Assembly: GCA_000002445.1 (NCBI GenBank)
Contig: CP000066.1
Coordinates: 1,248,001 to 1,312,000, forward strand
Reading direction: 5' to 3'
Origin: Trypanosoma brucei
Lineage: Eukaryota
Length of the DNA stretch: 64,000 bases
In this document: one piece after another, positions 1 to 9,998 of the stretch
Numbering within the stretch: position 1 is the stretch's first letter
How the letters are laid out: each line of letters starts with the position of its first letter
Position numbers and translations under genes: made by a program
Notes under the pieces: generated by a model
The model's database searches: none
Seen by the model: only the letters and a program-made list of their open reading frames with translations
What the model was told of the DNA's origin: nothing

Positions 1-440
1 TGCCTTGTGTGCATATCCTTGCCAAATCTACAAACCACTGCTTCGCTGCCACTTCCTTTCCATTGGGGCCCGTGTATATTCCACACACAGCGCCATAAAA
101 GAGTGGAACCTCCATGTCATCACTTACACGTGTCTCCACCTTAATAGTTTTCCGAGGGCGTGAATGCAGGAGATCCGGAAGCAGAAGTGAATCGGGCGAT
201 ACATTTGTCACCACACATTTCATGCGGAGCAGAACCGGTGACATGGGGATCGCCTGGCAGTTAACGATTGTTTCGGTAAGCTCAACCGGTGTATATTTTA
301 AGCGGGTTAGCTGGGAAGTTGGTGGTGGGTTCGCTTCGTTATATTGGGGAGAGCACCGCATTCGTTAAACGTCTTCACATTAAATATGCGTTTCCCTAAA
401 ACGGACGAAACTAACAAACTTGGCGTCTTTAGTTTTATAT

Positions 441-490
441 TATTGTTGCTTTTGTTGTTGTTATTATTATTATTACTGTTGTTGCTGTGG
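441..490. repeat. imperfect trinucleotide (TTG/TTA/CTG)n tract
   Basis: ttattgttgcttttgttgttgttattattattattactgttgttgctg, read directly from the sequence. It gives a poly-Leu run in the plus frame but lies in a non-coding spacer. Confidence 0.8.
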
Positions 491-830
491 TTCGACCCCC
501 TCCCCCCGAAAAAAAAACAAAAAAGAGGTTAAAACACTTATTCAATTCCGTGAGTGGTACAACGGGCGTGCGTGAAGAAGGGGAGCGAAGGGAGATGGAG
601 GGCGATGCGGTGATGAGTTCCACTGCAACACGGTACGGCTCTAAAGTGAGAAGAAGGAGAGAATTTGCATATTTAAAGTAACGCAAAAACACCAGCAACA
701 TATGTGAAGCAACAAGTTACAATGAGACATCCATGCGGAGATCAATACACTCAACAACAACACGTTATGAGGGGCTGGGAAGAGAAACTAAGCGGTACCA
801 AACCACTTCCGACTGTAGGACTCACACATA

Positions 831-1997
831 TTACCAAAAGGGAACACTTTCATATCCCTCCGCTCCTGCTAAGTGTTTCATGCTGAAGAGAGCTGCCAGG
901 AACGTCTTGCGCTGCACCTTGCCATTCACATAACCAAAGAAGTAACTCACAATATCCCCAATTGTCACCTTATCCAAGTTACGTATTTGACGCAGCAGCG
1001 CATCGTCGGTTGCGCTCATGGGAATGACTGCTCCCACTTCGTCAAGGTCCCCCGACTCACTACAGCGCCGGCGCTTTTCAGCGTTAAGCATCGCCGTGGT
1101 TCCACAAAGTGCTGACCACACACTATCATACCGCTGTTGCGCGTTTGGATGATCGGCAACTTCCGATACCGCCAAAACCACGCGCAGCACTTCACGCAGT
1201 TGCATGTATTCACGAGCTACAGCAGCGGCTCTCTGCCAACACCGCTTCAAGAGTTTGTACTTTCCGTTGAGGGACTCGATATTGTCTGACTGCATGCGTG
1301 CCGTAAAGGAGGTTAAGAACCGCCTCGGGATTGTTCTGTTCGCTATTGTTTGCAGCACAACCCACCCTTGATCATGTTCCTCTTCCACGACAGTTGCCCG
1401 CAGTAAATCTCGCACGCTTTCAAGATCTGCGACCTCAGTGCACCACATGCGCTTCTTAACAGCCTGCAACGCCACTAAAAGACCCGTAAGTGCAAATCGT
1501 GAGTCCGCATTTTCTACGATGTCTGCGAACAAACGCAAATCCTGAATTACCTCTTCACATCGGTCTGTCACCCACTGGTATAGTTTTTCTTGTGAAATTA
1601 CTTGGCTCGAGATGGCAGCTGTGTTCAACACATCATACTCATCCGAGACCCCAGCTCTCGCTGAAGAAAGAGGGACCGGTATGGAGTTTATGGCAGCGTA
1701 CATTCGCAGTAGTGAGTCGTTGAAAAGGGTTTGCCTCAAAGTGTAAGGGTGCTGCAAATAAACACGCTCAGTGAAGTGTCTCCACAACACAATGTTTTCT
1801 GATGTGGTAAAGGCATGAAAGAAACAGTTGATTGTTCCTAGCGAGAGCACCTCGCGCACGGACATGAACTCCGCACAACGTAAAAGAACATCATACGGCA
1901 GGTCCTGAAAGCGGTGTCGCGTGGCCGAACTGCAAGACGACGATGGCCCCGGTTCATCAGGACATTCCTTTCCCTGGTTCTGTTGTTCAGCTATCAT
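831..1997 (-). CDS. hypothetical protein with an F-box-like N-terminal motif
   Basis: ORF track gives 831..2132. I verified the first ATG downstream of the polypyrimidine tract at 1997..1995 (MIAEQQ...). The segment LPYDVLLRCAEFMSVREVLSLGTINCFF resembles an F-box. The 45 extra N-terminal residues in the track are translated from the purine-rich (plus strand) tract 2040-2130 and are treated here as 5' UTR. Confidence 0.5.
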   Translation of the reverse strand: MIAEQQNQGKECPDEPGPSSSCSSATRHRFQDLPYDVLLRCAEFMSVREVLSLGTINCFFHAFTTSENIVLWRHFTERVYLQHPYTLRQTLFNDSLLRMYAAINSIPVPLSSARAGVSDEYDVLNTAAISSQVISQEKLYQWVTDRCEEVIQDLRLFADIVENADSRFALTGLLVALQAVKKRMWCTEVADLESVRDLLRATVVEEEHDQGWVVLQTIANRTIPRRFLTSFTARMQSDNIESLNGKYKLLKRCWQRAAAVAREYMQLREVLRVVLAVSEVADHPNAQQRYDSVWSALCGTTAMLNAEKRRRCSESGDLDEVGAVIPMSATDDALLRQIRNLDKVTIGDIVSYFFGYVNGKVQRKTFLAALFSMKHLAGAEGYESVPFW

Positions 1998-2040
1998 CGC
2001 ATGCCCCTCCTCGTACGATAAGAACGGCACAACAACAATT

Positions 2041-2130
2041 AGAACAAATCTTTCAATAATAACAGGGAGAAACGGAGAAAGACAAAGGGAAGAAGGGATG
2101 CAATGGCGACCGCTGGCAAATGGACGATGC
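2041..2130 (-). promoter_or_regulatory. polypyrimidine tract (on the minus strand) upstream of the 831..1997 CDS; candidate trans-splicing signal
   Basis: The plus strand is A/G-rich here (aacagggagaaacggagaaagacaaagggaagaaggg), so the transcribed strand is pyrimidine-rich. It lies immediately 5' of the gene on the minus strand. Confidence 0.4.
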
Positions 2131-2218
2131 AACAGGCCTCTGTGAAGAAAATATTATAAGAAGTATATGCACACGTATGCGCACTTTCATTCGCTTGAAA
2201 AAGTACATACGCGACATA

Positions 2219-2220
<2 letters not shown>

Positions 2221-2254
<34 letters not shown>
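2221..2254. repeat. (CA)17 microsatellite
   Basis: Perfect cacaca... run, read directly. Confidence 0.95.
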
Positions 2255-2257
<3 letters not shown>

Positions 2258-2797
2258 TACGTATTCTCTTACTCGACAAACCTCTCATAACCCAAAGGAG
2301 GTGGCATAATAACGCAGCCTCTATCTCAGGCATTGTCAATGTGCTACGCGTATTAGTGTAACGCAAGAAAAGCACCAGAATCAAGGCCTTCCAACGTGTA
2401 ATTCCCGTGTACCTTGTCCAGCTGTTCGCTCCGTATATAAGTTTTTATGAACTGCACATCCTTTTCCATCCAGATAGGTGTGGAAGGCGGTGAATTACAG
2501 CGCGGGAACACTTTTGCGGTATTCCCTCCGCACATGTTCCTTAACAATGCCTACACACACATACATGCACACACACGCTAAGACGTGAACCGAACTAAAG
2601 CAAGCAAACACATGGGGGAGAGGGAAAGACAAAAAAAGAAACGAATGTAAATGCGTACATGAAGTGCGGTTGAACAAGGTCGCATGTAGAAAGGGATACG
2701 TATACATACGCCGTCACGTATTTTAGGGCTTGTTACAAACACTTTGCCCCACCGCATTAACGCTGTCGGTAGCAGCACATTCACGAACGCCGTGTTA

Positions 2798-2816
2798 GTG
2801 TGTGTGTGTGTGTGTG
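2798..2816. repeat. (GT)9-10 microsatellite
   Basis: gtgtgtgtgtgtgtgtgtg, read directly. Confidence 0.9.
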
Positions 2817-3152
2817 GGAAGGGAAGCCTAAAAAGCAGTTGAGAGAGCATGCTGGTAGCAGATTTGATGTACCTTGTAATAATACGTACACATAAGCCAG
2901 CTGCGTATTCGTACAAGACAAAAAAAACGGAAGGGAAACCGCGTGCAAGGTGTTGATAACACATTCCTTCCTTTACCCGCCGTCACACCATGGACACATG
3001 GCAAGGCAAAGTGCTCGATCACAGCATATGAAGGATACTAATGTTGTTGTTGCTGTCGTTGGTGTTCGTGAACGAATGATGCCTAAACAGACAAATAAAG
3101 AAATATACAAACTCATTTATTAGAGGTTTCTACAACTACAAGGTGTTCTTGC

Positions 3153-4631
3153 CTACCGCTGCTCGCGATTTTCGTATGCCCAAAATGAAAGACAGTCAAT
3201 CAAAAGAGCTACGAAAAGCCCCGCCTGTGGGGCCTTAACAAACTCTTCCCGCGTGATGCGTAGGGGCTCTGCGGTTGGAATGAGATCAAACACCTCCTGC
3301 ACGACCGTCTCCCGCGATGGCATCTCCAGCCCGGCTTCAACCAGTTTGGAATGAGTTTCCCTAAAAAAAGAGTTGACGTGAACAGGTCTCAGGACGCCGC
3401 AACCCTCAATGTCTAGTATATTCCAGAAGAAAAGCGGTCGCTGACAGGCGGGGAGAAATTCCACGGCTATAACAAAGTCAACAAACTTCCTAAAATCTAA
3501 CTCAGAACACGCCATCATTACGCTTGTTTCGAAGAATCTGTCAATGAAAAGAGAAGAAAGCGGGCCGACGCCGCGAGGGAGACCGTCATCTCTTACGGTG
3601 GGGAGGCCCTTTTTGTAAAGCTTCATGTTCGCAGCATTGAGAGTGCCTTGGTTGCGCGTGTCGAGGAGCAGAAACTTGTCATACAAGTGTGAGGTAATGG
3701 CTGCACTAAACCAATTGCGTGGCAGGTCTTCACGCATCAACTGTAAACTCACCCATTCATCCATTAGAGGGCTCTGCAAAAGTGCGTCAATGCGTATGGT
3801 GCCTCTCATACCAGGATCTAGAGCCCAAAATATGCGCCGACTCACTGCACAACAGTAAAAAGGTAAAATGTCGTTGCTGATGTCGCGGAGTGCATCAACT
3901 CGCGACACCAAATCCCGTACATAGCTCTCGAGCTCATCTTCCGTGAGGCGCCCATCATTGTTGGTATCCCACATGAGGAGCTCAGCCTCACATTTGACGA
4001 GTGACACCTGCTTTGCGAACCGTTGGTAAATATGTGCCACTTCCACGCCACCCGCATGAGAACGTGGACATGAAAGAAACAACTGCAACGACGGACGGGG
4101 CCTCTTTGCCACACCAACGTACATCACTTCATCCAACGGAGTGGTGTCGACGGGGCACTCCTGCTGGGCTGAGCGAACCGATATTTCCCGACACGGTGAA
4201 GTCTTGGGAGTTGGTTCGAAACGCTGCCCTTGCCAAACCTTAAGTTTGTTCATGATTTCTGTGAATTCCGAGATAGTAACCGTTTGCTTCGATTTATCTG
4301 CGGTGAGCAGTGACCACAGTTTTACCTGCATCTCGTCCAGTTGCTCAATATCTCTAAAGCGGAGATTGAGCTCAAACGCTTTGCTGGTGACTCTCAAGTG
4401 CTGCAACACATCCTCGGCGGAGGGATCACGTGTGCGGAGGTAAATTGCAGGGATGAATGATTTTTCTTCCGCCCTCCACGCCTTCTGCGCCTCCTTATTG
4501 ATTCGTGCAACCTCCTGCCTCCGTGAATCGTCATCCACATCGCCAGACGTCGACGCATTGTTTGCCGCCCGCTTAAATGCCTTCACTAGCGCGGGATCCA
4601 CCGTTGGTAACCCCTGTGATAGTGCCAACAT
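3153..4631 (-). CDS. protein phosphatase 2A regulatory subunit B'' (PR72/PR70 family, EF-hand)
   Basis: The ORF-track start at 4634 is GTG. The first ATG is at 4631 (MLALSQG...). There is an EF-hand loop (MWDTNNDGRLTEDELESYV). The C-terminal motif LLIDCLSFWAYENREQ matches the conserved PR72-family signature (ILID..GFW.YENRE). Confidence 0.8.
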   Translation of the reverse strand: MLALSQGLPTVDPALVKAFKRAANNASTSGDVDDDSRRQEVARINKEAQKAWRAEEKSFIPAIYLRTRDPSAEDVLQHLRVTSKAFELNLRFRDIEQLDEMQVKLWSLLTADKSKQTVTISEFTEIMNKLKVWQGQRFEPTPKTSPCREISVRSAQQECPVDTTPLDEVMYVGVAKRPRPSLQLFLSCPRSHAGGVEVAHIYQRFAKQVSLVKCEAELLMWDTNNDGRLTEDELESYVRDLVSRVDALRDISNDILPFYCCAVSRRIFWALDPGMRGTIRIDALLQSPLMDEWVSLQLMREDLPRNWFSAAITSHLYDKFLLLDTRNQGTLNAANMKLYKKGLPTVRDDGLPRGVGPLSSLFIDRFFETSVMMACSELDFRKFVDFVIAVEFLPACQRPLFFWNILDIEGCGVLRPVHVNSFFRETHSKLVEAGLEMPSRETVVQEVFDLIPTAEPLRITREEFVKAPQAGLFVALLIDCLSFWAYENREQR

Positions 4632-5024
4632 CACCCACCTGCACTAATACAACTCAGCTACTTCACACGTCTCCACCCCGCTGATAAGGCAGGGGGGGGG
4701 GAAAGTAATATCGACACACCAAAACCAAAATGGCGTCAAGTGAACGCTGTCCGTCAAAAGGCTAACGGTAAGGATGAAGTGGTAGAGAAAGGGACCGGTT
4801 TTGTCATTGCCATTCACAGTGTTACTTTTAGAGATAGGTGAAAATGTTTCCTCCGAAAAAGAAAAAAAAAGAAGATCCCACACACTACCGCACAACCCTG
4901 GGAGAGGCGAATACCAAAACGCACCCGCCTTGTCATCCACATGAAATAACCAACATCACCCCTAGGAGGGGTTCCATTCACCCACATTTCAGCCCACGCT
5001 CCAGAGGTTATCGCACACATTCCA

Positions 5025-5471
5025 TCAAATCGCGATCCACTTCAATGAGCATCGCTCTTCGGCGTGTTTCCTCAGAAACTCATGCGTTCGCTCAGCACAG
5101 ATTCGATCCACGTATTCTCGTAGGAAGAATGGCGCCACCGCTGTAATGGGTATGAACAACAGTAACTGCCTTCGGAACAGATATTTCGTCCTCTCACGCT
5201 CCGCAGCAAGTCGTTGGAGTTGTTTTTGTGTTGCCACAACTGCTTCATCTGAGGCCCTACACCACGCCTGCAGTTCACTCACGTATTGATTAACATACGC
5301 GCCATACGGTGTGCCTACAACAGCGGTAGGAGCTATGCATCTAAGCGGTACGATGTTTGATGGCTGGTAGTACATTGTCTGTGCTGCAGCTGTTCTTTGA
5401 ACCCGCAACAATTTGTTTGCTCTCGCCCATATATCTTTTCGCAACGCGAGGAGTGAACCCCCTAATGCCAT
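5025..5471 (-). CDS. small hypothetical protein (about 148 aa)
   Basis: ORF track gives 5025..5585. The first 38 codons run through a pyrimidine-rich tract (FLLLLFFSSLLFLPSLF). The ATG at 5471 (MALGGSLLALRK...) follows it, as verified on the sequence. No recognisable domain. Confidence 0.4.
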   Translation of the reverse strand: MALGGSLLALRKDIWARANKLLRVQRTAAAQTMYYQPSNIVPLRCIAPTAVVGTPYGAYVNQYVSELQAWCRASDEAVVATQKQLQRLAAERERTKYLFRRQLLLFIPITAVAPFFLREYVDRICAERTHEFLRKHAEERCSLKWIAI

Positions 5472-5751
5472 CCTACAGTACGCAAACGATGAATGGATAT
5501 CAAAGAGAGAGGGGAGAAAAAGGAGAGAGGAAAAAAACAACAACAACAGAAAATTCCCCTCTCCCCAAACAAAGCAAACCCACACTGCAGTGTTTACACG
5601 TAACTACATGTGTAATATGTTCGTCACAGAGGTGACATAAAGATCGCTCATCATAAAGTCGTAGAAGTTACAATGCATTTCCCATCAGTTGCACGAACTT
5701 GGGTGTGTACTAAGCCGATACCAAGAAAGGGGAAATGGACGGGTAGAGGAG

Positions 5752-5768
5752 GTGTGTGTGTGTGTGTG
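5752..5768. repeat. (GT)8 microsatellite
   Basis: Read directly. Confidence 0.9.
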
Positions 5769-6393
5769 GAGGGAGGCAATCAGAGTTGTGTTAAGCTTTG
5801 ATTCATCGTTTCACATCAGAAAAATAGATGCGTAAAATTTGGCATTTGGACATCATAGAAGCTTTGGAACTACTACGGAGCATATTTTTTCCTTTTTTTT
5901 TCTCGTGCAGGAAGTGAGCTTTGGTATTCAGCAGCTAAACTAACATGTGACAACCAATGAGCAGCCGAAAGGAGCAAGGTTCTCGTGCTACATTGTAAGA
6001 TGTTACCGTGCCCCGCGTTCATTTCCCCATCGAGTTTCACGACGGCTTGCATATTCGCTTCGAACACATCAAAGAGTGAAGACCTCCCGCCCTAAAAACG
6101 ATAAGAGGAAAGAGAGACCAAGCAATAGAAACAAAAAAAATAGGGCAAAGATAGCTTACGCACGCATGTGCCTCTAGGAACAGGAAATAACAGGTGGGGA
6201 CGTGCTAAGACCGCGTAACATTTCGTTCCGCTTCTTACTTACAGTGAGTGCAGCTGTTCCCGGAATGGGGAGTCACGAGAAAAGGTAACAAAGCGACTAC
6301 GGAGAACGCGTTTGGAGAAACAAACTTCGGGGTTGCGCAACCCCGCAAAACTGTAACCGAAACGCGCTTTTAGGTATCCGCACGGGTTCGCTT

Positions 6394-8232
6394 TCAAACA
6401 TAGTCCCGGTTCATAACGATATTCATCTCATGCTTCCAATATTTCCTTCTTATGTCATCTTCAACGAATAGACGCCGTGCCAGCCGCAGTGCCTGGAGCT
6501 CAGCTTCCAGGAAGAACTTTACACAGTCGTCCGATTGCTGTTGCGCAAGTGCAGCGGCCTCCGCATCCCCCCCAGCGTAAACTTCTGGTGGAAGAGCGGC
6601 GGCCACATTCTCCCTATCACTCACTGTAAAGTAACAACGCCACATGTACTCAAGTATCGTAAACAAACAACGGTAACGTGCCGTGTACACTTGATGTGTA
6701 TTGTCCAGCAAAAACTGAGAGCGACGTTTGCGAATAACGGAGATTGTCGCATCGTCGCGTCCCTCCCCGCCACTGCGGAACTCTTCTGCACGTGGCGTTA
6801 TGACGTCGCTCAATACATTCACTTGACATAAGAGGAGGCGGAAGGTTTCAAGGAATGCTCCCCACCGGAGTTTGTCCCGTAAATTCATGTGACGAAGAGA
6901 TGAGGAGCCCGCAACTTGGATGATCTCATCATCACGGAGGAAAACGTGTGGTGCATCTTCGTGTGAGGATAGACATAGATGAATTGCAACAGCTTGGTGC
7001 AAAACAGCAACGCAGCGTGCATGCACAAATGACGATTCGTTGCAGGGCTCGTAGGCACACCATTGAAGGGCGTAAAACATTTCACATTCGCACAGCCGTT
7101 TCAGTATCAACTTCGCCTCTTCCGTCTGTTGTGGCGGGATCACACGAATTAGTGGCACGATGAGGTCATGTTCAAATACGTAAAAACGATGGCACCATGC
7201 TGAGTTGTTCATGCAATCATGCAAAATGCGTTTCGCTGTACTCGTGAGCTCATCACTCAAGGGGCATTCCGGGATGATGGGCTGCAAGCACTTGTGTAGC
7301 CAATCTTCTTCTACCGTAAACGACCGAAAGGGTGCGGCGTGCAGTTCACTGTGTTTATCTTCAGTACCCTGATCTCCGCCTAATAATGAGTCCCACGAAG
7401 GTGGGTGGAGTAGGAAGGGAAACGAATGCACGAACCACGACCGGTACAACCATGCGTGATAGTTTTTGCTATCATCGTCCAATGCGGCGTCGCAAAATAC
7501 CCGCTCATCGATGTCAGAAAACTGCATGTTATGACAAGTAAGAAGGTAACCGTCGAAAGCGCTTCGTGACCCCGTTACTGCGGAGTTTGCATGCATTAGA
7601 GCCTCTCGCAGCATTTCCCCCCGATGATGCCACGCTTGGAAGTTTTTGGGATTCATCAACGCAAAGCGCTCCATTGCCTTCAGCTCCCAACGTATCGCCC
7701 TCCACACGCTGTACTCCCCCGTTGGGCCCTGCACGTCGCATTGCGCCGGCAGCCACTCCTGAATGACCTTCGCAAGACTGTCACTCTTGTCGCCACAACA
7801 TTGCTGGCCATTTTCCGCCATAAATGCATCTCGTGTGGATGTGAGAAGTCTCGAGGGCTGAAGAAAAACGTCGCGCCGGTCCTTCCATGCGGAATAGTGC
7901 GATGCGTTTTGCTGAATCACAAATGATGTCAGAAGCAGCCACTGCGGCGTGGAGGGACCAACGCGGGTACCCTTGAAGGTTACGCCAACGGCTCTATAAA
8001 TTCCCATCACGTAATCGAACTTCTTCGAGAAGACGGCGGGAGTCATGTTGGGGTGTTTTATCAAAGGGGTCTCCTCTTTTGGGGTAACGCCTGGGAAGAG
8101 GGCCTGCAGCGCATTAATATCGGAAAGCAGCGCCAACCTCTCATCTTCTGAGTTCAATGATGACGACGAGTAAGTGGATGGTAGCGATGATGATTGGCGG
8201 CTTTCTTCACTACGCACCGCGCTCTTATTCAT
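6394..8232 (-). CDS. protein prenyltransferase alpha subunit (FTase/GGTase-I alpha-like), with a long Ser-rich N-terminal extension
   Basis: ATG verified at 8232. There are at least four PPTA-type repeats with conserved Trp/Arg spacing (NASHYSAWKDRR, NPKNFQAWHHRGEML, DSKNYHAWLYRSWF, NNSAWCHRFYVFEH). The N-terminus is Ser-rich and low-complexity, with insertions between repeats, as reported for the enlarged trypanosome PFT alpha. Confidence 0.75.
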   Translation of the reverse strand: MNKSAVRSEESRQSSSLPSTYSSSSLNSEDERLALLSDINALQALFPGVTPKEETPLIKHPNMTPAVFSKKFDYVMGIYRAVGVTFKGTRVGPSTPQWLLLTSFVIQQNASHYSAWKDRRDVFLQPSRLLTSTRDAFMAENGQQCCGDKSDSLAKVIQEWLPAQCDVQGPTGEYSVWRAIRWELKAMERFALMNPKNFQAWHHRGEMLREALMHANSAVTGSRSAFDGYLLTCHNMQFSDIDERVFCDAALDDDSKNYHAWLYRSWFVHSFPFLLHPPSWDSLLGGDQGTEDKHSELHAAPFRSFTVEEDWLHKCLQPIIPECPLSDELTSTAKRILHDCMNNSAWCHRFYVFEHDLIVPLIRVIPPQQTEEAKLILKRLCECEMFYALQWCAYEPCNESSFVHARCVAVLHQAVAIHLCLSSHEDAPHVFLRDDEIIQVAGSSSLRHMNLRDKLRWGAFLETFRLLLCQVNVLSDVITPRAEEFRSGGEGRDDATISVIRKRRSQFLLDNTHQVYTARYRCLFTILEYMWRCYFTVSDRENVAAALPPEVYAGGDAEAAALAQQQSDDCVKFFLEAELQALRLARRLFVEDDIRRKYWKHEMNIVMNRDYV

Positions 8233-8320
8233 TTTGTGGCTGCACCTGTAGGTCCCAGAGGGAGTCCAGCGTCCCTCTTCTGCAAGTTTCTTTCCCTAAA
8301 TAAATAAAGTACCAGCAACA

Positions 8321-8400
8321 AAAGAAAGGATTGGGGAGAGGGGGGGGGGGAGGAGGGTTAAAAAAAAAAAAAAGAGAAACGAACCAAAATGGTAACCCTC
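8321..8400 (-). promoter_or_regulatory. polypyrimidine tract (minus strand, including a C10 run) upstream of the prenyltransferase-alpha CDS
   Basis: Plus strand reads aaagaaaggattggggagaggggggggggaggagggttaaaaaaaaaaaaaag, which is C/T-rich on the transcribed strand. Confidence 0.35.
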
Positions 8401-9998
8401 AGAAGTGAGGAGGGGAACAGCACAATAAGAATTCTAGATTTTCTTCGATATAAAAATAAAGACCGCAAACAACACACCAGCGGCAAAAAAAGAGGAAATC
8501 AAAAAAAAAAAAAGATCAAAAAAGTCAAATTACTCAAACCTGCACCGATTCCTTTCTTCGAGATATGAAAAAATGAGAAAGATAAAAGAAAGAAAAAATT
8601 GAATGCCGGGCAGTTGAGGGTGTGGGTCTCCCCAGCGCCCCTCAAGAAAAAAAAATAATGATCAAGCGAATACATTGACAGGGTCACTTTTCATAGTTCC
8701 ACACAGGTCTTCTTTTTTTTCTTTTTTTCCTATTTTCCTCCCCGTTGAAAAGGAAGAAAAAAAAATGTACATGTATGTGTTGCATTCTTCTTCTTTTTTT
8801 TCCTCTCCATTTTTCTTTGGTTTCACTTCAAATTATTAATGTCGGTAGGTTTCGCGATCGAGCACCACGAGATGAGTGCAGACAGACAGGATCAAAGCCA
8901 GAAAAAAAAATGTTTAATCAAAGTTAAGGCTGTAATGAAAATGATAAAAATAGGAATAATAAAAAATGATCTTAATAAGTGGTAATGATTATCACCAACA
9001 CAAATAGAAAATTAAAAATAAAAGAAAAGACACGGTGGCTCCGATATGTATCAAACGGAACTCCCGCTCGAAACGTGAGTTGTCTCCGGGAGGCAAAACA
9101 AAAAAAAAAAGAACACGGATGTCATTCCATGTGATATCAAATGAAAATAGGACTCCTTCTCTCATGCATATTTGTCTGAGACCTTTTATAATAACGTTTA
9201 CACTGTAAAAAGCACATATACACACACATATATATATTTATATATTTGAAACGAAAGAAAAAAGCGGAAAGTAAACTAAACATAATTATACAAATATCAC
9301 CCATGCTATTGCATCACATAAACCACACGTGGGAGTGACACGCCACCCATCTTCTCTTTTCTTCCTTCTTCAATCACATTCCTTCACTTTTTTTATTTTT
9401 TTTTCTCCCTAACAAGTGCTAATAGGCGGTTATTTCGCGTTCAGAAGAGTGCAATAACAAATAGTATTAAATATAGTTGTATTGGCAATTATCATCACTT
9501 TCTATTTATCTGCTTCCACTCCCCTCCTTATTTTACTTATTCCTTTACTTAATTTAATGTGGCTTCACACCGACTCACCGCTAATATCTATTTTAAACTA
9601 TGCAGTACCCCCTTCTCCCCATTTCTTCTTCTTATTTTTGTTTTCTCGTTCCATACCTTTTGCAGCTGCCCCTTTCACCGCTTTCATATTACTTCAATTT
9701 TTCTTAAATTCATATTTGTGAAACCCATTGAGTTCTTAACTACACCTTCACAACCTTTCATCATTTTGTTTGTTTGTTTCACGCGGCACCCGCCAGCGTT
9801 CCCCCTGTTCATTTATATGATACGGTAAAGATAAAAATCCCTTGAATGAGGGTTTACGTTGTGCACATATATTTATATTTATATATGCCGTTGTGCCATT
9901 TCCCGACACCTGCGCGAAGGCACGGCTGTACATCTGCCAGCAGCAGTAATAATAATGCACAATGCGGGAAGGAATGATTAATGACGCTCCAACGGGCA

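Noticed and set aside
344-532. 62-aa plus-strand ORF encoding a 21-residue poly-Leu run
   Set aside because: It derives from a (TTG/TTA)n microsatellite in the 3' spacer, on the non-transcribed strand.
1998-2132. N-terminal extensions of ORFs 831..2132, 41776..45114, 55395..59873 and 5025..5585
   Set aside because: The extra codons are read through pyrimidine-rich (transcribed-strand) low-complexity tracts, e.g. FLLLLFF, VFFFFF and SPPPSYLFFPP. These are the expected trans-splice signals, so the downstream ATGs were taken as starts.
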